From Octopus vulgaris (taxonomy: Eukaryota), in NCBI GenBank assembly GCA_951406725.2, contig OX597820.1, positions 5,456,001 to 5,520,000 of the forward strand: DNA of 64,000 nucleotides, given 5' to 3'. The notes below the pieces were generated by a model. The model was given only the letters and a program-made list of their open reading frames with translations, was not told where the DNA came from and ran no database searches. Both the position numbers and the translations under genes were made by a program. Positions 15,093 to 28,180 of the stretch are shown in pieces; the first letter of the stretch is position 1, and each line of letters begins with the position of its first letter.

Positions 15093-16544
15093 CAATAATA
15101 AATAAATAAATAAATAAGTAATAAAAGTGAAAAAAAAATAAAGAGGAAATAGTAAATTAATATCTTGGTTTGCATTGGTAGTCACACTCATTTTGTAAAT
15201 TTATCTCCGGGGCCGAAATAAAACACGTTTGGCTGGAGCAGAAGTGAACAACAACAACAGCGACATTATTGTTGTTGTTGCTGTTGTTTTTAGTAGTAGT
15301 AGTAGTAGTGGTGGTGGTGGTGGTGGTGGTGGTGGTGGTGGTGGTAGTAGTAGAAGGCATACAGTGATTATTTTGAAGTATGATGATGATTTATAATTAA
15401 TACACTTATAATTAATTCACAGAATAATTTAAACAAAATAATTTTTTACAAACCCATAACGGGCAACCTCCGTATCAGATGAGGGCCACCACGCTATTTC
15501 GAAGTCCTCTTTCTTACTGGGGTTTCGTAGTTCTTATATTTTGTTTGTTGTAGAAATTGCTCGCGAGCAACTTTGCATTTGGGACGACCAAGAACAGAGG
15601 GCTCGTCCCCGTTGTGGATGGTCTTTCCCATGACCTATGTACTTCGAATTTATTCCGAAATGTTTGCGTAAATCCTTTCACCATTCCTTTGAATATTGTG
15701 AGAAAATCTACGAATTTCAACATGCCGTGGATGAAGAAATAAATTCATCTGAACACGTTTTGCTAGCCTTTTCTTGCGATCTAGATGTTTCCTTCTATTG
15801 GTGCTGTTGTCTTCAGGAATATGACATCCACCTTATCACACATTTGGAGGAGCTTGGCTTAGTGGTTAGGGTGTTGGAATCATGATCATAAGATTGTGGT
15901 TTCGATTCTTGGACCTGTTATGTTCTTGAGTGAAACATTTCACGTTTCACCATTCGGCTCAGCTGGCAAAAATGTGTAATTTCGTGATGAACCGCCTCTT
16001 TCCGTCAAGGGTAAAGTACATGCGACACACTGAAATAAGGAAACCGGACCAATGAGTTAATAGGACCTGGGAAAGATCTTTATCACGCCACGATCGATAG
16101 CAACGGTTGGTTGTAAACGAAGGGAAGAATTCCTTGGAATGCTTTTCGGCTTTTAGCATTTATAACAAGGCAATCTCTTTCAGCATTTCGATATCCCCCA
16201 TCAATGAGTGTATATGCTTCGTTCATCTTCTAGGGTTTCCTTTGACTTTTCTTTGGGCACATGTGCACGCCTCATAACATGTTGTCATAAAACATTGATA
16301 TGTCATATATCATGCTAAACAATTTCCTCGGTCAAAAAACCCTCTCCAGAGCGGGAGAAGATATACTGTTAGCTTAGCACGAGCCTGCAGATTATTGTCG
16401 ATATAAACACACACAGACACACACACATGCATACACACACACAGACACACACTTACGTCTGTGTGTCTATATATCATGTTAAACAATTGTCCTCGTGGCT
16501 CAGTGACAAAACTTCCTCTCCAGAGCGGAAGAAGATATACTGTT

Positions 16545-16897
16545 CGGTTCCATTGCACGAGCATCTGCAAGTGTCTTCTACTATAGCCTTGGGCCGACCA
16601 AAACCTTATGAATGAATTTGGTTGACGGAAACTGAAAGAATCCTGTCATATATGTGTGCGTGCGTGTGTGTATGCATGTGAGTGTCCGTGCACGTGTTTG
16701 TCCCCTTACCACCACTTGACAACCGGTGATGGTGTGTTTATATCCTAGTAACTTAACAGTTCGGCAAAAGAGACCGATAAAATAAATACAAAGTTAAAAA
16801 GAATATAAGTCCTAGGGTCGATTCATTCTATTAAAGAAATTCAAGGCTGTGCCCCAGCATGGCCGTAGTCTAATGACTGAAACAAGCAAAAGTAAAA
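16545..16897 (+). mobile_element. SINE family A, diverged
   Basis: caagtgtcttctactatagcc..gacggaaactgaaagaa..gtgccccagcatggccg..aatgactgaaacaag. Confidence 0.75.
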
Positions 16898-16910
16898 ATT
16901 ACGTATGTAA

Positions 16911-17262
16911 TCTCTCTCTATATAAACGGCAGTTTGTCTGTGTGTGTTTCTGTGTGTCTGTTAGGTTGTTACCCTGACCACGGCTTTCAACCGATTCTGA
17001 TGAAACTTGACACACACATAGCCCAATGTCATAATTCAAAACTAACGCAGCGAAAAGTTTGAAAAGTTCCCCCAGTTCTGAAAAAAATCGATAAATTCGA
17101 CATGGGGTCGAGAATCAGAAACCCAAACCACAGAAGGGGACGTCAAAAAATTTACCATCATTTTTTTCCATTTTTTTGCTATTTTTTTTGGCTATAACTC
17201 TCTAAAAATACTTTATAGTTATTTCCCTTACAAACCTGAGCAACGCCGGGCGATACTGCTAG
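16911..17262 (+). mobile_element. Non-autonomous Helitron
   Basis: A|TC start, subterminal hairpin cctgagcaacgccggg, CTAG|T end, no TSD. The 3' ~65 bp are shared with 49599-50115. Confidence 0.8.
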
Positions 17263-17325
17263 TTTAAACTAATCTTGAAATTTGCTTCCGTGAGGAGAAA
17301 AATCATCGCAGCAATTACCTTGGGC

Positions 17326-17588
17326 ATTATTGACATTATTTACATTATTTACATTTGATGGATATTTGCCCTCATCTTGTTTGTTGTTAACACAGCGTTT
17401 TGGCGGAGATACCCTCCAGCCTTCATCGGGTGTCTTGGGGAAATTTCGAACCTGGGTTCTCATTCCTATTATGAAGGCTGGAGGGTATTTCAGCCGAAAC
17501 GTTGTGTTAACAACAAACAAGATGAGGAGAAATATCCATCAAATGTAAATAGTGTACATAATTCCTCATCTCTTAAATATAGAACTGA
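17326..17588. mobile_element. Head-to-head inverted pair of a hammerhead-bearing short element
   Basis: Arms 17341-17426 and 17471-17556 are reverse complements; same family as 53283-53472. Confidence 0.8.
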
Positions 17589-18089
17589 ATTTCCTCGGGA
17601 TTTCGGAATGCTTCGATTGCAATTTGGCATTCTTTGTTTTGTTTTAGATATCTCTCATTACCAGTCTTGTAGAAGCTATATTAAAGAATGGAAAAAAGAA
17701 AATGCTTAAAAATCTCAGACATTTTGTCTCTGTCATTTCCTGTTTTAAAAAAGGAATTCTAACAAGAAAATAGAGAATTCCTTCACAATTAAAACGTTAA
17801 TGAAAAAAAAACAAAAAAGAAAAAAACCGTGGGAATTAAAAGATTTTCTCGCTGTTGTGTTCTGACACGTTTACTCAATTCAAAACATAACAAAAAACAC
17901 ACAAACCTCTCAACAATAACAACAACGACGAGAATAATTTCTTTTATTTGCCACAAGGTCGGTGACATCTAAAACAATGCAGAGAGAAACAAACAGTGGG
18001 AATTTATACTAATATTGGTAAAAACAAAAACAATGACAATTAATGAGAAATTTATGACAGAAAATTTTGCAGCAGTGGGAGTAGTAGCC

Positions 18090-18950
18090 CAAGCTGTTGC
18101 AGTATCTGGTCCTTTATTTTGATGGTGATGCTGGGATCCTTGGCACTATGAAATGGCGCCCCGTTCTGCAGTTTGAGTACCTTTCAATGCCAAAGTTCGG
18201 TACAAGCATAGTTTTCCTGCCTTCGTTCTAGGGAGACGAGTTTTAATTTTATCAGATTTTCCCAGTAGCTGATACGTTGCCTCGAGACTATTTTCTTAGT
18301 GTAGCTTCGTTGGATTGCTTCGAGTTCCGCCGTTAATTTTATATTGTGTGGCGACCATAGCTGGGAGCAGTGGTCCAAGCGGCTGAGGACATATGTCTTC
18401 CAAAGGATCATCAATATCTACTTTTCACTCGTTTTGAAATTTCAGAGGATCCAGCCGTCTGCATATTATTACCAAATTGGCAATATGTAATTGGAAAGAT
18501 GCATCATTGCTCATGTCAATGCCTAGGTCATGCACTGATTTTGATTCAAGGATTTCAGTTCCTCCTGGACTAGTGTATCCTGTCTGTATGTCGTTTAGCT
18601 TTGTGTGCTGGTAGTGGAGGGCCTGGCATTTTCCTGCATTAAACTGCGATTTGTTGTACTTAGCCCACCTGTTTATTGCATCCAACGCCCGTTGCTGATG
18701 TGCAAATTTCCAGGATTTTGTATTGTCTCAAAGACATTTGTGTTATCTGCATAGCTAGCAAGGGTAGCTATCTGAGACGATGCTTGCTCAGGCGGTTCGC
18801 AATCTTTGTCCATCGTTTCATAAGAATCTTCCTTTCTCGGGGTATCCTGTTTTTGAATATGTTGGCCTTGCACAATGAGACAGATTTGTCCTATACGGCT
18901 TGCATTAGGTACATGAAATGTTTGTTTCATGTCAATGTCTGGTGTGGATA
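18090..18950 (-). mobile_element. Internally deleted, decayed copy of the CR1/L2-group LINE
   Basis: Fragments LWKTYVLSRLDHCSQLWSPH, QFNAGK, LASYAD and STPDIDMK match the 24322-26835 protein; about 1 kb of RT is missing at the junction near 18770. Confidence 0.88.
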
Positions 18951-19019
18951 TATATATATACATATATAATATACGTTTTTATTGTTATTTTGCAATTTAC
19001 TTAATCATTGGTATATTAA

Positions 19020-19212
19020 TGTTATTTTATTTTTAATATTTCTATTATATGTAATTTTCTAGATGGTGTAATTTAGTGGTTCACTTTGAATTGATAAAGG
19101 TGGGTTTTTTTCTAATTTTTATATATATATTATATTTTCTGAAATTTGATTTAGCATTTCTAAATTGAATTTTCCCCTGTAAGTTAGGAATAATATTCCC
19201 TCAAATAATTAT
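19020..19212 (-). repeat. AT-rich dispersed repeat next to (TA)n
   Basis: Reverse complement matches 54738-54820 plus 55078-55175. Confidence 0.75.
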
Positions 19213-19229
19213 TATTTTAATTATAATTG

Positions 19230-19230
19230 T

Positions 19231-19326
<96 letters not shown>

Positions 19327-19603
19327 CATATATATACATATATATACATATATATACATATATATATACATATATATATACATATATACATATATATATA
19401 TACATATATATATATACATATATATATACATATATATATACATATATATATATACATATATATATACATATATACATATATATATATACATATACATATA
19501 TATATACATATATATATATATACATATATATATATACATATATATATACATATATATACATATACATATATATATACATATACATATATATATATACATA
19601 TAC

Positions 19604-19662
<59 letters not shown>

Positions 19663-19677
19663 TATATATACATATAC

Positions 19678-19724
<47 letters not shown>

Positions 19725-19741
19725 TACATATACATATACAA

Positions 19742-19821
<80 letters not shown>
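19230..19821. repeat. (TA)n/(TACATA)n microsatellite, ~590 bp
   Basis: Direct reading. Confidence 0.97.
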
Positions 19822-19823
<2 letters not shown>

Positions 19824-20881
19824 CATTGTGTGCACATTTTGCTACGTCAGAGGCTGGTGGCCATACCAGTTGTCGGACCGACCTGAAAATTGACACAAGC
19901 ATAGAAGACGTGATGAGGCCAAGAGTTGAGTAGGTTAAAACTCGCTATCTGGAAGCATGCAGTTGCTATGGTGAGAATAGTGATTTTTTATCGATTCAAG
20001 GGGGCTCTAAGCCCCTCCAGATTGGCGCGATTGGCATCTAATCTAATCTATAAAATGAAGAAGGCAAACGTTGATACAAATTGGATTTTTATTTAAAAAG
20101 GATCTAAATGGGGCTGGAAGGGGATTAAACTTTCAGGAGGGGGTAACTTGAAGTGAGAATTGTTTGGGAGATATTTTGGGGCGCTACAGTGGTTGCTTTG
20201 CTGTGAAAACGGGGATTTTATTAATTTTGGGGGACACTTGGGGGTCTAGATAGGACACCTTTTGCCCGATTTCAATCAAATTTTCAACATAGTAAAGTGG
20301 AAGCGGATTTATAAATTAAGCGCGGAAAATGGGTTCGAAATTTTGAAAATTAAGGCAAGATCTTTGAAGTTGAAAAACACTTCTCATTTTTACGTATTTT
20401 TGCCTTTTATTTTTTATTGTTTACAGTTTTCATTTTTTCTGAAAGAAATTTACAGCTGCATGTAGCCCGTGTTTATAGCTTTTGTTTGCATGGTCAATCA
20501 TCGAAAAATTCCCAAAATAAGTACTAAATTTAACAAAGAAATCCTTTTTTTTTTTCCATATATTTAATCGCTCAAACAGTGGCACGTACAAAAGGCAAGT
20601 GTACTTTCCGTTGTCACTTCCTCATATTTATGACTGATCTTTCAAAATATTTTCTTTCTCAACTTACTCAAGATTTTGCTTTTTATAAATGGGAGAGAGA
20701 GAGAGATAGAGAGTAAGAGAAAGCGAGGGAGATCCGAGAGAAAGGAAGAGTAAGAGAGTGGGAAAGTGAGAGAGAAAGGAGAGAGAAACAAAGAGGGAGA
20801 ATGTGGCAATAAGGAACAGAAAGGAAGCAACAGAAAGTAACAACCACACCCTCACCCGCGCGTAGAACGGGTCACCTTAAA

Positions 20882-20885
<4 letters not shown>
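19822..20885 (+). mobile_element. Probable non-autonomous Helitron
   Basis: 3' hairpin cccgcgcgtagaacggg about 10 nt before a CTAA|T (CTRR) end; the 5' end is lost in (TA)n. Confidence 0.45.
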
Positions 20886-20935
<50 letters not shown>

Positions 20936-21857
20936 TACATCTATACTTTTATACATTTACCCTTTTATAACCTAATTTCACTCATCAATTTATTGATGTA
21001 TATTAAATTTTTATATATTTATGTATTCATAGATTTTTAACATGTTTTAATATTTTAATGACTGATACATTGGTATATTTAAAAACTGATATACACCGAT
21101 CCATGGTAGAATATATGTTTATTTAAATTTCTGAACATGTGTGAAATCCTCTTTAACATTTTTAAAAAACCTTTGCGTCTCGGCTTCCCTTATCTCACCA
21201 CTTCAGACTACTGCCCACACAATAAACAAAGAAATTTTACTATATATACACATACTTTCATTTATTCTTTAACTCGTTTCGGCCCAAAGGCTGTGGACAT
21301 GCTGAGGCACTGCCACTATTATCACGCTTTCTCCTTTCAATGGCCATTCTTTTCTGATTGGCTTTTGGTGAAGGAATGAGTTTGATATTTTTGCCCACTT
21401 CTCTATCTATGTGTCTGTGCTCGCGCATATATATATATATATAAAGATAGGTTTGAAAATGAAAGAAGGCTTGAAAATGCAATTTTTGCATTTTCAAACC
21501 TTCTTTCATATATAATTCCAGTCGTGCAGTACCTTACAACTTCACTTTGTTATATATATATATATATATACATATGTATATAGTTGAAACAAATGGAAAA
21601 CAGGGCAAATAACAAAAAGAACGACGCTTCATCAGTTGTCGGCTGTCCATCTACTCTTCATGTCGAGCATGCTTATCACTTTCTTTGCGTATACAACTCA
21701 TTTGTTTTCGTATTTCATGTTGTCCACGGTTTGTGACGTCCTGTGCCCATACATGCATATATATAGATACACACACACAAACACACACACATATGAATTA
21801 TTTGATTCAACGCCACGCATCCATGTCCAAGTAGTTTAGTTATATATATATGTATAG

Positions 21858-21900
<43 letters not shown>

Positions 21901-21903
<3 letters not shown>

Positions 21904-22113
21904 CGGGAAGGTTTACGAAAATAAGCAAAAGATGAAGGCAGGTGGAGTACAGACAAACAAATGTATTAGTATAGCTCAGGAATAGAACTAGAACAAGTCA
22001 TTTACGTTTCGAGCCTACGCTCTTTGACAGAATGATACACAGAAAAAAAAACAAGGAGAGAAACAAGGAGAGAAAAAAATGCGTGTAGCAGCTAGCGATC
22101 TGTCATGGCGTTC
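21901..22113 (-). mobile_element. Solo pLTR 3' fragment of the Penelope-like family, with hammerhead at 21998-22035
   Basis: Reverse complement aligns with 43110-43330 / 47345-47560 (cgccatg...acgcatttttttctctcc...gagcgtaggctcgaaacgt...ccacctgccttc...ttcccgttatat); flanked by (TA)n. Confidence 0.85.
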
Positions 22114-22280
22114 TCATATATATATATATGTATATATATGTATATACATACACACAAACTTATATAAATATATACTACATACCTGTGTGTGCATTTGAGT
22201 TGGTAAAACGGATTCCCCTTGTATAAAATTGCATTCTTGTGTGGATGTGCACAGCAGTATATGAATGAGTCGCGCGCGTT

Positions 22281-22970
<690 letters not shown>

Positions 22971-23051
22971 CGTAAGCGTGTCTGTGTGTGATTGTTATAA
23001 GATAAATGTAGTATTGATGTTCTTTGAAAGTGAGATGAAGAAAGAATGGAC

Positions 23052-23478
23052 GCGCAGGAGTGGCTGAGTGGTAAGTAGCTTGCTAACCAACCACATGGTT
23101 CCGGGTTCAGTCCCACTGCGTGGCATCTTGGGCAAGTGTCTTCTGCTATAGCCCCGGGCCGACCAATGCCTTGTGATTGGATTTGGTAGACGGAAACTGA
23201 AAGAAGCCTGTCGTATATATGTATGTATATATAAGTGTGTGTGTGTGTGTGTGTGTATGTTTGTGTGTCTGTGTTTGTCCCCCTAGCATTGCTTGACAAC
23301 CGATGCTGGTGTGTTTACGTCCCCGTCACTTAGCGGTTCGGCAAAAGAGACCGATAGAATATGTACTGGGCTTACAAAAGAATAAGTCCCGGGGTCGAGT
23401 TGCTCGACTAAAGACGGTGCTCCAGCATGGCCGCAGTCAAATGACTGAAACAAGTAAAAGAGTAAAGAGTAAGAGAGA
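23052..23478 (+). mobile_element. SINE family A, full length
   Basis: Near identical to the reverse complement of 13746-14164. Confidence 0.9.
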
Positions 23479-23800
23479 GTAAATCTAGCGTTGAAATGGT
23501 GAGAAGTGTGAGGCCAGAGTCAGTTAAATTGTAAGATTCGGTTTTGTTGGGTCCTGTGCTTTTGGCGACCAGCTGTAGCACGCAGTTCCGGGGTGGCGAT
23601 ACGTGTGGTTTAGTCATTTTATAGGTACGGCTTCAAAGGAGACGGTTAAGTATGAGGAAATCCGGTTTAGTGACGAACGTAACGTCTTTATATACACATA
23701 TTAGATAATATAATAATAATAATACATGTGTCCGTGTTTATATAGGCATATACTTGTGTGTGTGTATATGTATCTATATTTATGTATGTATGTAAGTATT

Positions 23801-23851
<51 letters not shown>

Positions 23852-24037
23852 ATACATATGTATATATAAACATAAATAGACATGTATAAACCTTCGCATA
23901 TATGCATAAACATATAGCATATATCTCTAAATATGTAGACATGTTTGTACGGATATATATACCATATGCATGTATATATATATGTATGTGTGTATATATA
24001 TATGTGTGTATATGTATATATATATGTATATATATGT

Positions 24038-26914
24038 ATACGCACAGATAGAAAAGGGAGGAGCCATGGTGGAGTTGCAATGTACATCCGAGATGACCTC
24101 ACGCCCCAGGTCCTGCTGTCATATTCAAACTCAGTATGTGAAACTCAAATTGTACACATAAGACAACTGAATATCGTCATATGCACTACATATCGCCCAC
24201 CAGATGCCCCAAAACACTCAGGCATGTTTGAAGACTGCCTAACAAAAATAGAAGTCCTCACCAACCTTGAACAGCACAACAGTGTATTCTTCATGGGTGA
24301 CTTTAACCTCCCCAATGTGGAATGGCCTGGGGGCAGATGCTCCCAGGGATGACACACCATCAGCAGGCACAGGTGGAGTCCCTGCTCCATCTCACAAATG
24401 CCTCTTTCATGGAGCAGATAGTTCTGCAACCAACAAGGGCAGATAATATACTGGATCTCTGCTTCACAAACAATATGGATATTATCCATAATGTTAATGT
24501 GATGCCGACAATGATCTCGGATCACAACATAATAGAGCTGTCTATGTATGGAACAAAAGCCCCCGCAGACACACAGCCTATACGAAGCACCCACCATCTC
24601 TCCAACTTAAACTTCCATAAAGCCAACTGGAAGTTGATTGAGAAAGAGATCCTCAAACAGGATTGGCCTGAATGTCTCTCCACACCGGACATAAACATGA
24701 AACACAAACACTTCATGTCCATAATACAAGCCATATGTGACAAATATGTCCCAGTGTGCAGGGCCAGCACACACAAGAACAAAAACAGGATCCCTAGAGA
24801 AAGGAGGATTCTTATGAGACGACGGACAAGGATTGCAAACCGCCTGAGCAAGCACACCAAAAGTGGTGAGAAGTCTCGGCTCGAAAGAATGCTAATGGAA
24901 ACTGAGAAAAGTCTACATCAGTCCCATGAAAAGGAGAGAGCAGATAAAGAAGCTTGGGTAATAGAAAATATAAAATCAAACCTTAAAGCTTTCTTTAAGT
25001 TTGCCAAAGAGACAGCCACAGTGCACCAGAGAATAGGACCTCTCTTCCAAAAAGATGGCTCTCTCACAGGAAATCCCACAAGGATAAGTGAAATACTGAA
25101 CGAACAGTTCCAAAGTGTGTTCACTACACCTCTAGGACACAGGCAAGTAAACAACCCAGAAGAATTCTTTGCCACTTTACCTGCGGCCAAAGAGACAAAA
25201 ATTGAGTACATCAACATCGAAGATGATGATATCACACTAGCCATTGATGAGATTGACACAAACTCAGCTGCTGGACCTGATGGATTCCCAGCGATCCTTC
25301 TCAAATCGTGCAAACGAGCCCTTGCAAAACCGCTACAGCTTCTTTTTCAGAGCTTTCTTGCAAGTGGTAAGCTCCCAGTCAAATTGAAAGAGGGGGTAAT
25401 ATGCCCTATCCATAAGGGAGGTAGCAGAGCAGATGCTAAAAATTATAGGCCTATCTCTCTGACCTCACACATCAGCAAAGTCATGGAACGAATAGTCCGT
25501 AAGAAACTAATCATGTTCCTTGAAGAAAATGACTTGCTGTCTGACACCCAGCATGGATTTCGACCAGGTAGAGGCTGCCTAACACAGCTCCTGCAACACT
25601 ATGACTGGGTGTTGAAACAGCCACTAAATGGCTCAAATGTGGATGTAATATATCTCGACTTTGCAAAAGCCTTTGATAAAGTCGACCATGGTATGATCTG
25701 TCACAAACTGCGTGGTCTCGGCATAGGCGGGAAACTTGGAGAGTGGCTGCACAACTTCCTAAAAGACAGAAAACAGGCAGTTGTGAGCAATGGAGCCACC
25801 TCCAAGGAAACGCAAATAACAAGCGGTGTCCCACAGGGCACTGTCTTGGGACCACTGATGTTCATAGTGGCCCTTTCAGACATGCCTTCAGTTGCTACGA
25901 TGACCACCCTTGCTAGCTATGTAGATGACACAAGAGTCTCCCACGCAATACAAAACCCTGAAAATATTGCGCATCTGCAACATGAGCTGGATACAATATA
26001 CAGGTGGGCTGAGGACAACAACATGCAGTTTAATGCAGGTAAGTTCCAGGCCCTGCGCTATTGGCACACAAAGGTAAATGACGTGAAGACTGGATACACT
26101 GGCCCAGGAAGAATTGCAATCCCTGAGTCAAAATCAGTGCGTGACCTGGGCATTGACATGAGCAATGATGCATCTTTCCAAATGCATATTGCTAATCTGG
26201 TGATAAAATGCAGACGGCTAGCTGGATGGATTCTCCGAACTTTCAGAACAAGAGAGAAGGAGACACTGATGGTCCTATGGAAAACATTCGTCCTCAGCCG
26301 CTTGGACTACTGCTCCCAACTTTGGTCACCACACAATATAAAACAAACAGCAGAACTCGAAGCAATTCAGAGAAGCTACATAAAGAAAATCGTCTCAATG
26401 CAAAATATCAGCTACTGGGAAAGACTGAAGGTATTAAACCTCTTCTCCCTAGAGCGGAGGCGGGAGAGATATGCAGTGATATACATCTGGAAAATCCTGG
26501 AGGGTCTTGTCCCAAACTTTGGCATTCAAAGTTACTCCAACCGCAGAACGGGGCGCCGCTGCGTGGTGCCAAGGATTCCAACATCACCATCAAAATACAG
26601 GTCCAGATACTGCAACAGCTTGGGTTTCAGAGGACCACAGCTCTTTAACATCCTCCCTAAATGCCTGAGAGACTTACATGGTGTGGATGTGGGTTTCTTT
26701 AAAACTAAACTGGATCTCTTCTTGTTGGGAGTCCCAGATGAACCTACCTCACGACAGGAGACGCGGATGCGGGCAGCAGCATCGAACTCCCTTGTTGATC
26801 AAGTGCCACGTATCAGAGGTGGATTCACAAACTAGTGTAGCTCATTCAGCGGTGGTGCCCCAGCATGGCCGCGGCCTTCGGGCTAAAACATTTTAAAGGA
26901 TTTTTAAGGATTTA
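24038..26914 (+). mobile_element. 5'-truncated non-LTR retrotransposon, CR1/L2 group (APE + RT)
   Basis: APE motifs RTDR..GGVAMY, YRPP, MGDFNLP, LDLCFTN, SDHN, followed by RT. Short 3'UTR ending in (ttttaagga) repeats; inserted in TA-rich microsatellite. Confidence 0.93.
24322..26835 (+). CDS. LINE ORF2 (C-terminal endonuclease part + reverse transcriptase), one frameshift near 24340 from the upstream APE part
   Basis: NYRPISLTS, QHGFR, YLDFAKAFDKVDH, GVPQGTVLGP, YVDD (YADD variant), RDLG, LERRRER. The listed start is not the native start. Confidence 0.88.
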   Translation: MAWGQMLPGMTHHQQAQVESLLHLTNASFMEQIVLQPTRADNILDLCFTNNMDIIHNVNVMPTMISDHNIIELSMYGTKAPADTQPIRSTHHLSNLNFHKANWKLIEKEILKQDWPECLSTPDINMKHKHFMSIIQAICDKYVPVCRASTHKNKNRIPRERRILMRRRTRIANRLSKHTKSGEKSRLERMLMETEKSLHQSHEKERADKEAWVIENIKSNLKAFFKFAKETATVHQRIGPLFQKDGSLTGNPTRISEILNEQFQSVFTTPLGHRQVNNPEEFFATLPAAKETKIEYINIEDDDITLAIDEIDTNSAAGPDGFPAILLKSCKRALAKPLQLLFQSFLASGKLPVKLKEGVICPIHKGGSRADAKNYRPISLTSHISKVMERIVRKKLIMFLEENDLLSDTQHGFRPGRGCLTQLLQHYDWVLKQPLNGSNVDVIYLDFAKAFDKVDHGMICHKLRGLGIGGKLGEWLHNFLKDRKQAVVSNGATSKETQITSGVPQGTVLGPLMFIVALSDMPSVATMTTLASYVDDTRVSHAIQNPENIAHLQHELDTIYRWAEDNNMQFNAGKFQALRYWHTKVNDVKTGYTGPGRIAIPESKSVRDLGIDMSNDASFQMHIANLVIKCRRLAGWILRTFRTREKETLMVLWKTFVLSRLDYCSQLWSPHNIKQTAELEAIQRSYIKKIVSMQNISYWERLKVLNLFSLERRRERYAVIYIWKILEGLVPNFGIQSYSNRRTGRRCVVPRIPTSPSKYRSRYCNSLGFRGPQLFNILPKCLRDLHGVDVGFFKTKLDLFLLGVPDEPTSRQETRMRAAASNSLVDQVPRIRGGFTN

Positions 26915-27121
26915 TATATATATATATATATATGTACAAACATACTTACATTATATATATATATAGTTAAGGTAATTTTTTGGCTCAAAAAGCAAAATGC
27001 AAAGCCATGTAGGGGGTCAGCAAGGCCATAATACCTCTTCCTCTCTCTCGCGCTCTCTCGCTTTCTCTCGCGCTCTCTCGCTCCTTTTCTCTGTCCCTTT
27101 ATATAACTTGCACAATTGTAA

Positions 27122-27490
27122 TCTCTATATATAAAACTGAGAATGTGTGTGTCTGTCTGTCTGTGTGAATCCCTAACACTTGAGAACTACACAACCAATT
27201 TCATTCAAATTTTACACATGCCTTACTTAGGGTCCATGTAGTGCCATGGGCAAGAAAAACTTCTAACTTCTTGCCTAGGTCGAGCCCACAGCAATATCAT
27301 ACATTCTCCACTATTTCAGTATTACGTGTTAAAAGTGAAACAAAAACATCTCTCAATTGTAATGTCAGATACTTTCACTTTAATACTGAAACTATTTAAG
27401 TCAAACAGTTATATAAGAGGGATGAACCATTAACAGGGGTCATCCATTTTGCTAGAAGATCCGCTAAGGTCTTGTATGCTACACCACTGG
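27122..27490 (+). mobile_element. Probable non-autonomous Helitron
   Basis: A|TCTCTATATATAAAACTG start like 49599, followed by (GTCT)n; possible CTGG|T end. Confidence 0.55.
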
Positions 27491-27804
27491 TTTTCAATTC
27501 ATATTAATCAAATTAATATTCAATTTCTCACCCTTATTATTTTAAATTTATATTTAAACCCAGGTCCATGTGTTTTGGAACGAAGTTTGTTACCACGCAG
27601 CCACACCTGCACCTATGTATGTGTGTGTGTGTGTGTGTGTGAGTATAGCTGTATATGTATACATTTATTTCTATACATATAGATGTATATGTATACATGT
27701 ATATATGTAGATGTATATATATATAGATGTACATGTAATATGTACACATATATATTCAGATACATACATACATACATACATACATACATACATACATACA
27801 TACA

Positions 27805-27840
<36 letters not shown>

Positions 27841-27867
27841 CACCTATATACACACACACACACACAC

Positions 27868-28180
27868 AGGTGCAGGTGTGACTGTGTGGTAACAAACTTC
27901 GTTCCAAAACACATGGTCCTCAGTTCAGTCCCACTGTGTGGTAACTTGATATGTGTCTTCTACTATAGCCTCAGACCAACCAAAGCCGTGTCAGTAGATT
28001 TTGTAGACAGAAACTGAAAGAAATCAATCGTATATATATGTATGTATATATGTAAGTCTGTAGGTGTGTCTTTGTGTTTCTCCCTCATCACTGCCTCACA
28101 AGTGGTGTTCGTTTATTTACATCCCCATAACATACTGGTTTCACAAGAAGAAACTGATACAATAAGTACCAGGCTTATGA
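27868..28180 (+). mobile_element. SINE family A, diverged, with an inverted duplicate of its head at 27563-27613
   Basis: Head, gtgtcttctactatagcc and aagtaccaggctt motifs. Confidence 0.7.

Noticed and set aside
15480-15845. Possible exon or LINE C-terminal relic (minus strand)
   Set aside because: Stops in all plausible frames and no diagnostic motif; cannot assign.
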